Assembly (NCBI GenBank): GCA_036584565.1
Contig: JAZHDF010000076.1
Span: 1-47,876 of the forward strand
Origin: Candidatus Moraniibacteriota bacterium
GTDB lineage: Bacteria; Patescibacteriota; Minisyncoccia; Moranbacterales; UBA9337
DNA: 47,876 bases
Direction: 5' to 3'
This document shows, piece by piece, positions 7,710 to 14,804 of this stretch. Numbering within the stretch: the stretch's first letter is position 1; each line of letters begins with the position of its first letter. The notes beneath the pieces were generated by a model. The model saw only the letters and a program-made list of their open reading frames with translations. It was not told where the DNA came from and made no database searches. Made by a program: the position numbers and the translations under genes.

Positions 7710-8912
7710 ATGCCGAAAAAAATATATTTTGATTATGCCGCCACTACGCCTTTGGATTCTGAGGTTTTTGAAAAAATGAAACCTTTCTTCGAAGATGAAT
7801 TCGGCAATCCGAGCTCGGTCCATTCTTTGGGGCAATCAGCCGAAAAAGCCGTCTCTGAAGTCCGCAAAAACGTATCCGATTTCCTCAATTCCGACCAAAG
7901 CGAAGTTATTTTTACCTCTGGAGCTACAGAAAGCAATAATTTAGCCCTTCGAGGCGTTTTGAGCCATTATTACGCTCAAAATGGAAAAAACGCTCCTACG
8001 CCTCATTTTTTGGCCTCCAGCATCGAGCATCACTGTGTCCTGGAAACAGTTGAGGAATTAGAAAAATCCGGACTAATCGAGGCTACTTTTTTGCAAGTTA
8101 ACAAAGACGGTTTAGTTGATTTAGAAGATTTAAAAAAGAACATCCGAGAAAACACTCTCTTGGTTTCAACAATGTATGTCAATAATGAAATCGGTACCGT
8201 CCAGCCAATAGAGGAGATTGGAAACTTTATCAAAGACTTAAATCAAACAAGAAAAAATAAAATAATTTTTCATACCGATGCCGTTCAGGCGGTCAATTAT
8301 TTCGATTGCGATGTCAAAAAACTCGGAGCGGATTTGCTTTCTTTTTCGGGGCATAAGTTTTACGGCCCCAAAGGAGTGGGAGTCTTGTATATCAAAAGAG
8401 GTACGCCGATAAAAAGAATTCAAACCGGCGGAGCTCAGGAATTCGGCTTGCGCGCCGGAACGCACAATGTGCCGGCTATCGTCGGCTTGGGAGAGGCGAT
8501 AAAGAAAATAAAAAATCAAGATACTGGAAAAATTGAAAAACTAAGAGATTATTTAATTCAAGAAGTTTTAACCAAAGTTCCGAATTCTTATCTAAACGGA
8601 CATCCCCAAAAAAGATCCCCCAATAACACCAACTTCCGTTTTGATAATGTCGAAGGAGAAAGTTTATTAATGCTTTTGGATATGGACGGCATCTGCGCAT
8701 CCACCGGTTCGGCTTGCTCCTCCGGCTCGCTGGAGCCCTCCCATGTCCTCTTGGCATTGGGACTGAAACATGAACAAGCCCACGGTAGCCTACGTCTTAC
8801 TATTGGTAAACATACCACCCGAGAAGAAATTGATTTTACGGTGAAAAAGATAAAAGAAGCGTTGGAAAAATTAAGGAATATTTCCGGCAATATCTTAAGT
8901 GAATTTAAGTAA
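7710..8912 (+). CDS. iscS: Cysteine desulfurase (IscS/NifS family, PLP-dependent)
   Basis: 400 aa. PLP-lysine motif SGHKFYGPKGVG and active-site loop GSACSSGSLEPSHVL. Confidence 0.9.
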   Translation: MPKKIYFDYAATTPLDSEVFEKMKPFFEDEFGNPSSVHSLGQSAEKAVSEVRKNVSDFLNSDQSEVIFTSGATESNNLALRGVLSHYYAQNGKNAPTPHFLASSIEHHCVLETVEELEKSGLIEATFLQVNKDGLVDLEDLKKNIRENTLLVSTMYVNNEIGTVQPIEEIGNFIKDLNQTRKNKIIFHTDAVQAVNYFDCDVKKLGADLLSFSGHKFYGPKGVGVLYIKRGTPIKRIQTGGAQEFGLRAGTHNVPAIVGLGEAIKKIKNQDTGKIEKLRDYLIQEVLTKVPNSYLNGHPQKRSPNNTNFRFDNVEGESLLMLLDMDGICASTGSACSSGSLEPSHVLLALGLKHEQAHGSLRLTIGKHTTREEIDFTVKKIKEALEKLRNISGNILSEFK

Positions 8913-8913
8913 A

Positions 8914-9076
8914 TCTCTGCGAAGTACGAATTTTACAAATTTATAAAAAATATTATTATGAAAAAATTAAAATAAGTACTATTTTAGAAAAAAGTATAAA
9001 ATAAAAAGATAAACATAGTCACAACTATTAATTTCTTATGGGTTCGTATTTTTTAAAAATTCGTACTTCGTAGAGA
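8914..9076. repeat. 21-bp long-range inverted repeat enclosing a 121-nt AT-rich spacer between the desulfurase and iscU
   Basis: tctctgcgaagtacgaatttt (8914-8934) versus aaaattcgtacttcgtagaga (9056-9076). The single mismatch would be a G-U pair in RNA. Confidence 0.85.
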
Positions 9077-9081
9077 AAAAC

Positions 9082-9462
9082 ATGCAATATTCAAAAAAAG
9101 TTTTAGATTATTTTATAAAACCGCGTAATTTGGGAGAAATTCCCGAGCCTGATGGAGAGTCTATTGTAGGTAATCCCAAGTGCGGAGATATTATGAAAAT
9201 TTATCTGAAGGTGGATAAAAATAAGGAGGGAGAAGAAATAATCAAGAATGTTAAATTTCAAACTCTGGGCTGTGGAGCGGCGATCGCCACCAGTTCGATG
9301 GCTACCGAAATGGTCAAGGGAAAAACCCTGAATGAAGCTTATAAAATAACCAATCAAAAAGTGGCTGATGAATTGGGCGGTCTTCCGGCGGTTAAAATGC
9401 ATTGCAGCAATTTGGCGGCGGATGCGATTAGAAAAGCGATTGAAAATTACAGAAAAAAATAA
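9082..9462 (+). CDS. iscU: Fe-S cluster scaffold protein (IscU/NifU N-terminal type)
   Basis: 126 aa. The three conserved Cys contexts are GNPKCGD, LGCGAAIA and MHCSNLA. Confidence 0.88.
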   Translation: MQYSKKVLDYFIKPRNLGEIPEPDGESIVGNPKCGDIMKIYLKVDKNKEGEEIIKNVKFQTLGCGAAIATSSMATEMVKGKTLNEAYKITNQKVADELGGLPAVKMHCSNLAADAIRKAIENYRKK

Positions 9463-9476
9463 ACCTATCTTTATGT

Positions 9477-9512
9477 CCGGATTATAAATTATGGACAATC
9501 CTGGTTTTTTTT
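9477..9512 (+). terminator. Probable terminator after iscU
   Basis: 7-bp bulged stem ccggatt / aatcc(t)gg followed by T8. Confidence 0.45.
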
Positions 9513-9563
9513 GATAGGCTTTTACTATGTCAACAAGTTCTTTTAAGCGAATAAATAATTTAA

Positions 9564-9806
9564 ATGGGGAAGAGCGCTATGGGAATAAAAATAAAAAGGA
9601 TAATAGAACTGGAAGATCCTATCGGAAAGCTGGTTCACTTAACGTTTAGGCCAAAAATAAACGCCTCGGTAAAAAACGGAGAAAAGTTTAGCGGAGTAAT
9701 TTTGGCCATAAAAGAAGGTGCGCAACAAAAAAACTTTATTCTAATAAATCTTTACAATGAAGAAGATTTGAGATCAATAGGCGAGGGGACTCGCTTAATT
9801 CGATAA
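9564..9806 (+). CDS. Hypothetical small protein
   Basis: 80 aa. No recognisable motif. The start is uncertain. Confidence 0.4.
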   Translation: MGKSAMGIKIKRIIELEDPIGKLVHLTFRPKINASVKNGEKFSGVILAIKEGAQQKNFILINLYNEEDLRSIGEGTRLIR

Positions 9807-9831
9807 TTTTTTTCAAAAAAGGAGGTTTGCG

Positions 9832-10443
9832 ATGGACCTGGAAAAATATAAGGAGAATATTTCCTGTTATATTTGCCGGGGTAATTTATACTATTTCCCT
9901 GATAAAAATCAGTTAAAGTTATTTTGTCCGAATTGCGACAATCTTTATCTGCAGATAGACCCAAATAATGATTCATGGATTGAAGAAAATAATTATTTTT
10001 TAAAAGAATCATTGGAAAACGGGGTCTTTTTTTCAAAAATACTGCGGTGCCCCTTTATTTTCGAATGCCCGAGAAAGGTGAAATATTGCGATGAGGTCTG
10101 CACCGTATCAATCGGTATTTGCTCCGGAAATGTAGTTTTCTCCAAACCGCACTCATTTCCCGACGGTAAAATTTGTCCTCTGAAAAAATATTTTTTGGAC
10201 GCTTATTCGGAAAAGGTGGAAACGCTTCTAAATTCGGGAGATATATCTTATTTATTGGGCAAAAAAATAACCGTTCGAGAACTTATTGGTGAGGACTCGG
10301 AATATTCTTTTGGTCTTTTTGGGGAAATTATTGATATGGAAAAAAGGGGTCTAATCATAAAAGATAAGACCGGCAAGATCTTTACTCTAGGAGGCGAAGA
10401 GGTGGTGATAATTATTCCACATGCCGACAGACCGCTTATCTGA
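9832..10443 (+). CDS. Hypothetical Cys-rich protein with an N-terminal zinc ribbon
   Basis: 203 aa. Strong SD (aaaggaggtttgcgATG). CYICRG...CPNC ribbon plus a further Cys cluster. A terminator follows. Confidence 0.65.
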   Translation: MDLEKYKENISCYICRGNLYYFPDKNQLKLFCPNCDNLYLQIDPNNDSWIEENNYFLKESLENGVFFSKILRCPFIFECPRKVKYCDEVCTVSIGICSGNVVFSKPHSFPDGKICPLKKYFLDAYSEKVETLLNSGDISYLLGKKITVRELIGEDSEYSFGLFGEIIDMEKRGLIIKDKTGKIFTLGGEEVVIIIPHADRPLI

Positions 10444-10470
10444 AAAGATAAGCGGTTTATTCTTTATATT
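10431..10470 (+). terminator. Rho-independent terminator
   Basis: Stem accgcttatc / gataagcggt (10 bp) with loop tgaaaa and a T-rich tail. Confidence 0.8.
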
Positions 10471-10474
10471 TTAT

Positions 10475-10503
10475 ATGTCGCACAATCTATATTTTACGAC
10501 ATT
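10475..10503 (+). other. attL: dif-like recombinase core site (11-6-11) containing the 13-bp att repeat
   Basis: atgtcgcacaa-tctata-ttttacgacat. The arms match in 9 of 11 positions as inverted repeats. The 13-mer attttacgacatt (10491-10503) recurs at 39906-39918. Confidence 0.6.
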
Positions 10504-10693
10504 CTCAGGCTTTCAAAATTAAGTTTTAAGCTAGGTTTAATCCTTTTCGGTACATCTATGCTTGTTTTGTTGTTTTTTCTGTTTTTAGCTCAATTTTTGA
10601 AGCCGTTTTTTGACCCGATGAATACAAAATACAAGAAACAATTGCTAATTTATATTTTTTTGATAAATTTCAATGTTCTAACTCAAGTATATA

Positions 10694-10891
10694 TTATTTT
10701 TTACTCTTTGTCAAGACCCTTGAATTATTCAGTATAATCAATCTGACCGCCTCCCTTGTTAAACCAAAAAATATCCCTATTTCATTGAGGGTTTTTCCTT
10801 TTTCTCTCATTTCCAATATTTCCCGATTTCTTTCAATCTTAATATCGTTCAATTCTTTTTCCAGTTTTTTAATTTTTTGATTGTAGTCCAT
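10694..10891 (-). CDS. Small HTH protein (excisionase or regulator candidate)
   Basis: 65 aa. Coiled-coil N-terminus, then the sigma-70 region-4/LuxR-like HTH TLNEIGIFFGLTREAVRLII. It lies downstream of int. Confidence 0.5.
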   Translation of the reverse strand: MDYNQKIKKLEKELNDIKIERNREILEMREKGKTLNEIGIFFGLTREAVRLIILNNSRVLTKSKK

Positions 10892-10959
10892 ACCCTATCT
10901 ATAACACAAAAAAAGCCTTATTGCAATAATAGCCGGGCCACTTTGCAAAACTTTGCAAA

Positions 10960-11841
10960 CTATTTTAAAAATAATTTTGCTCTTTTCTCAAATTCCTTAT
11001 CGTTCCACTGCATATAAGTAAATGACGAACTCGGATCACAATGGCCCAAAATCGCCTGTACATCTTTAGGATTTCCCTCTAGATCCAAAATCCGGTGCGC
11101 TTTACCATGTCGGAAGCTATGCGGAGTTATCTTTTTTTCGATTCCGGCTTTTTGACATAGATCTTTAATAATTCTTTGGACACTTCGAGTAGTTAATCTT
11201 ATTGTTGGCTTACCTCTCCCCTTTCGACCAATAAAAAGTGATGGGGTGGAGTTAATTTTTTGTCTTTGAATTAAAAATTCTCTTAACATAACATGAGTTT
11301 CCACGCTCCAAAAAATAGTCCTCATCCTTATAGTTTTCTTGGTTCTGATTGTCGCGCTCATCCTTAACGGATCAATATCTGAAATGTTAATGTCGCACAA
11401 TTCGGAGACTCTTATTCCTGTCTCAAATAATAATCTGACGATTATCAATTTTTGAAAGTCCCAAAAATCATCAATTGTAATTCCAGCCATCAACAAACAA
11501 TATTCCTCAAAATTTATCGGCTGATAAGAGTTTGCTATCGTTTTTTTAATTCGGATCAATTCCGGTGATAAACATTTTTTTCCCTGCAATCGCCAAAACT
11601 TGAAATAATTTTTTAAAATAGTCATTGATAATTCAATCGACTTCGGTTGATAGTTGTTATCCTCAAGCCAGTTTTTAAATCCGACTATATCCCCCACTCC
11701 GGCATCATCAATTTTCTTACCGGAAAATTTTTCAAACTTTAAAAGCCAATTCCCATAATTTTGATAAGCGCGCCTTGTATATGTCGCTTTCCATTCAAGA
11801 TATAATTTGATATTTTTTCCCATACGAACAAAACCACTCAC
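10960..11841 (-). CDS. int: Tyrosine recombinase / phage integrase, XerC/D-like
   Basis: ETGIRVSEL (Arg), HSFRHGKAH (HxxR) and LGHCDPSSSFTY (His...Tyr), plus an N-terminal SAM-like domain. The track start at 11841 is GTG; the ATG at 11823 (MGKNIK) is more likely. Confidence 0.9.
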   Translation of the reverse strand: MSGFVRMGKNIKLYLEWKATYTRRAYQNYGNWLLKFEKFSGKKIDDAGVGDIVGFKNWLEDNNYQPKSIELSMTILKNYFKFWRLQGKKCLSPELIRIKKTIANSYQPINFEEYCLLMAGITIDDFWDFQKLIIVRLLFETGIRVSELCDINISDIDPLRMSATIRTKKTIRMRTIFWSVETHVMLREFLIQRQKINSTPSLFIGRKGRGKPTIRLTTRSVQRIIKDLCQKAGIEKKITPHSFRHGKAHRILDLEGNPKDVQAILGHCDPSSSFTYMQWNDKEFEKRAKLFLK

Positions 11842-11892
11842 CTAATCCCTTGGCTTGCCGGCACAAGGTTTCAATGAGCGGTTCAATCGTTG

Positions 11893-11933
11893 CAAAACAA
11901 TTTAAAGAATTGTTTTGTAATTTAATTATAACA
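11893..11933 (-). promoter_or_regulatory. Candidate int promoter (extended -10 TGtTATAAT) with a downstream 10-bp-arm palindrome
   Basis: On the - strand, tgttataat (11925-11933) is followed by caaaacaatt-ctta-aattgttttg (11893-11917). Confidence 0.4.
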
Positions 11934-12086
11934 CACAAATTCAAAAACCAGAACTTGTCCGGCAAGCATCTCCTATGAGACGGTTCATTTAAGAACACAA
12001 GCTAAAAGATGAAATTTTTTAAAAACTAATAACATTGGATAATAGACTCTATCTGATTTTAAGTCAAATTTAACTGTGGATAAGTT

Positions 12087-12263
12087 TTATTTAAAATAAA
12101 TCTCTTGAGTTGTCTTGATTCTCAATAATAAGTTTCCAATAACCGCCACAATTGACAAAAACTCCGCCGATATTGGTACAATTTGCGCCAATTCGTTAAT
12201 CGTAGCCACCGCTAACATTGCTACATTAAACCACACTGTCCAGCTTTGATACCATTTTTTCAT
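12087..12263 (-). CDS. Small two-TM membrane protein (holin/antiholin-like, lysis cassette)
   Basis: 58 aa (MKKWYQSWTVWFNVAMLAVATINE...), below the track cutoff. It starts 1 nt after the endolysin stop. Confidence 0.45.
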   Translation of the reverse strand: MKKWYQSWTVWFNVAMLAVATINELAQIVPISAEFLSIVAVIGNLLLRIKTTQEIYFK

Positions 12264-12264
12264 A

Positions 12265-12987
12265 CTATTTTTTATTAAAAAATTTATTAAATAAAGCTAA
12301 AAATCGATCAATTAAAAATTTAAGATCCACCGCTATCGCCTGACAATTATTTATCAATTCAACATCATCCGTTATTTTTTCCTCTTTCGGTTCCTGTTTG
12401 ACTTCTTCAATAATCGGCGCGACTTCTTCCTTTTTCTCCGGTTCCTTGATTTCCTCCTTTTTTTCTTCCGGTTTTTTTACTTCTTCTTTTTTGATTTCCT
12501 CGATTTCCTTAATTACGATCAATTTTCCCCAGCCTGAATTTTTTCCGGTTCCGTTATAAATATAAACCACTTCACCATCACAAGCCGAATATATTGGATC
12601 ATTAAGATCCGCATTTCCGCTCCCTTTGCCATTGAGGTCAAGTCCGGGATGATAACATGGGCTTTTTGCTCCGGTGGTTTTTTTGCTTTGTGTAGCATAA
12701 TCCCAATATTCCAACCAACCCAAACCGAGATGATCAAATGTCGGCATTACTATTTTTTCCAATCCTCGTGGATCCGAATAATGATCACTTACCCAATTTT
12801 TACTTTTCCCTATGCAATATTCCGTATAGACTCCCGGCTTGATTTTAAAAATATCAAAATGACAATGCGCATACCATTGACCATTTCCGGTCCCATTTTT
12901 AGCAATTTGCTGACCTCTTTTTACTTTTTGGCCAACCTTAACCATTATCCCCTCAATATGGCCGTATCTATAATATTTTTCACTCAT
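12265..12987 (-). CDS. M23 (LytM-type) metallopeptidase endolysin with permuted motif order and a Lys/Glu-rich tail
   Basis: 240 aa. The HxH half (VKVGQKVKRGQQIA...YAHCHFDI) is at the N-terminus. The HxxxD half (CYHPGLDLNG...ACDGEVVYI...GWGKLIVI) follows it. Confidence 0.7.
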   Translation of the reverse strand: MSEKYYRYGHIEGIMVKVGQKVKRGQQIAKNGTGNGQWYAHCHFDIFKIKPGVYTEYCIGKSKNWVSDHYSDPRGLEKIVMPTFDHLGLGWLEYWDYATQSKKTTGAKSPCYHPGLDLNGKGSGNADLNDPIYSACDGEVVYIYNGTGKNSGWGKLIVIKEIEEIKKEEVKKPEEKKEEIKEPEKKEEVAPIIEEVKQEPKEEKITDDVELINNCQAIAVDLKFLIDRFLALFNKFFNKK

Positions 12988-13146
12988 TTATTTTTTATTA
13001 TAATAATTATATTGCTTTTCAATCTTTTTTATTTCCGGATATTTTGTGTCGGGATTGCTTGATTTTTTGAGTAAATACAAAACACCAAAAAACATGATTG
13101 ATCCCATCGTGCAAACTATAAATATAAGCGCTAATAATTGTTCCAA
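12988..13146 (-). CDS. Possible single-TM mini-protein between the holin and endolysin
   Basis: 52 codons from the TTG at 13146 (39 from the ATG at 13107). TM helix LLALIFIVCTMGSIMFFGVLYLL. The stop abuts the endolysin ATG. No SD. Confidence 0.3.
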   Translation of the reverse strand: MEQLLALIFIVCTMGSIMFFGVLYLLKKSSNPDTKYPEIKKIEKQYNYYNKK

Positions 13147-13179
13147 AGTTTTTTTACTAATATATTTAGTGGTTAATAG

Positions 13180-13638
13180 TTAATCGATTTTTGTTCTTTC
13201 TAAAATGTTTAATATAGTTTTTCTAATTTTAGCCAAAATTGAGCTAACCACATCAATTTCCGGCAATCTTTTCCCAGTCCTAAAAGAATTGATATTTCCG
13301 GCCACCGAATAAAACTCCGCCAATATAAGCATTGAGAGAAAACCCCGGCTGTATATATCCATATTGAGTCCGATCCCTTTACCAACCACGGCAAAAAGAA
13401 AAGGGATAAGCAAGATCATCGCTTTAGCGACGACTCCGGCGGTCATTTTTCGGCTTGTGATTGATTTTGCTCCGTCAATTTTGACGGATGCGAATATTCC
13501 GGTGATAACATCCACGATCATCAAAATGGTCAATGCGGTTATGCTCCAAGCCGTTTGGTTTGGAAACCCCACGGCGATCAAAAAGGCCGGCACATAAAGC
13601 CAATTTTTAAGCCAAAGTATTGTAATACAATTTTCCAT
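13180..13638 (-). CDS. Holin (phage_holin_4-like, multi-TM)
   Basis: 152 aa with 3-4 TM segments. The DVITGIFASVKIDGAKSITSRKMTAGVVAKA motif resembles the TcdE/holin-4 family. It lies upstream of the endolysin. Confidence 0.65.
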   Translation of the reverse strand: MENCITILWLKNWLYVPAFLIAVGFPNQTAWSITALTILMIVDVITGIFASVKIDGAKSITSRKMTAGVVAKAMILLIPFLFAVVGKGIGLNMDIYSRGFLSMLILAEFYSVAGNINSFRTGKRLPEIDVVSSILAKIRKTILNILERTKID

Positions 13639-13661
13639 TTTTTTATTTTTAATATTATTAT

Positions 13662-14780
13662 TTAAATGTTAAGAAGAGTAACTTCCATTCGTGGCGTATC
13701 TGTTACCGTAAAAGTTCCTCCGTCTGTTGTATCTCCCAAAACAAACCCCTCGATATAATCTCCTTTAGATAAAACAATGGTCAAATCGCAAATAACCGAA
13801 AAAATTGACATCGCATTGCCAGTATGAGGGAGTGAGCCTCTCTGTATTTGTGCCACATTATTTTTTCTAACATAACCAACAACCATCGCAAGTTTAGCCT
13901 CTGCGTCATAACACACAAAAGATAATACAACTCTATAATAGCCTGATATCGGTGCGACATATCGATTTAAAGAAGTATTAAAATTGGAGTTTGGGTCATA
14001 ATAAATTGCATTAAAAGCTATTTTGGTTTGGGTGTTGTCAGCTATTGTTTGTGTCCCTCCTATAACTCCTGCTCTATAATAATTTTCCGCTTTTTTAAAC
14101 CCTTGCGGATTATCTATTTTCGAAAAAAACGGAAGCGTAATTGCCCCTGCTACCAAATCAACCTCGCCAGCAACATCAAAAGTCGTATCGGTCGAAAAAA
14201 CGGGTGCGGTCGAGACATAATAATATTTAACTGTTCCATCGTTGGTTAATTTTAACTTATCCCCTCTTTGTATTACGCCCGTTAAATCATATCCTGCAAC
14301 TGATATCGTGTTTAAATCTGTGGCGCTAAAGACCAAATCAACTCCGCTATTTTTTGGGAATTTACTCCAACCGTCCCAATTTATAATTTCCGGTTCTTCA
14401 ACTGTCATTCCATTTTTATGCGTTCCGTCCGGATTGTGTTCTACTTGAATACCGTCCACCATTTCCCCCCATTGATGAGAAGTCAATCGCACCTCAAAAA
14501 CCGCCCCCGGCTGATGGGATTGTGCCGTTCCCTCTACGCCTCGTACTGCATTTATTATTCTGTTGCTGTCCACTATTCCTTTGATAACCTCCTCTTTGTC
14601 CGGCGTTAAATTGCCGTTGCTGTCCACTCGGTCAACTGTTATTTCAACCGGCGTATCGGTCGGCAATCCGGATGCGCTTGATAACCCAAAATTATCAACT
14701 GTTCCATTGATAATACCGGATGAATCAATCGTTCCGGCTAGTTTTCTCGCTCCCTTGATAAATTTATCTGTTACATTCAT
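13662..14780 (-). CDS. Tail fibre / receptor-binding protein with a C1q/TNF-like C-terminal domain
   Basis: 372 aa. N-terminal RGVEGTAQSHQPGAVFE fibre-type motif. The C-terminal YVAPISGYYRVVLSF...LSKGDYIEGFV pattern is typical of a C1q jelly roll. Confidence 0.6.
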   Translation of the reverse strand: MNVTDKFIKGARKLAGTIDSSGIINGTVDNFGLSSASGLPTDTPVEITVDRVDSNGNLTPDKEEVIKGIVDSNRIINAVRGVEGTAQSHQPGAVFEVRLTSHQWGEMVDGIQVEHNPDGTHKNGMTVEEPEIINWDGWSKFPKNSGVDLVFSATDLNTISVAGYDLTGVIQRGDKLKLTNDGTVKYYYVSTAPVFSTDTTFDVAGEVDLVAGAITLPFFSKIDNPQGFKKAENYYRAGVIGGTQTIADNTQTKIAFNAIYYDPNSNFNTSLNRYVAPISGYYRVVLSFVCYDAEAKLAMVVGYVRKNNVAQIQRGSLPHTGNAMSIFSVICDLTIVLSKGDYIEGFVLGDTTDGGTFTVTDTPRMEVTLLNI

Positions 14781-14804
14781 ATTTTTTTATATTATTTTAA
14801 TTAT
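14775..14804 (-). repeat. 30-nt conserved leader, family B, copy 1
   Basis: attcatatttttttatattattttaattat is identical to 36261-36290 and spans the start codon and the 5' leader of the tail-fibre gene. Confidence 0.9.

Noticed and set aside
10558-10737. A 59-aa hydrophobic + strand ORF at the prophage left end.
   Set aside because: It overlaps the 3' end of the - strand HTH gene, has no SD or promoter, and has the composition typical of a T-rich random frame.
11795-11998. The 67-aa - strand ORF upstream of int.
   Set aside because: It spans the predicted int promoter and operator palindromes and overlaps the int start. It has no motif and is better explained as regulatory DNA.
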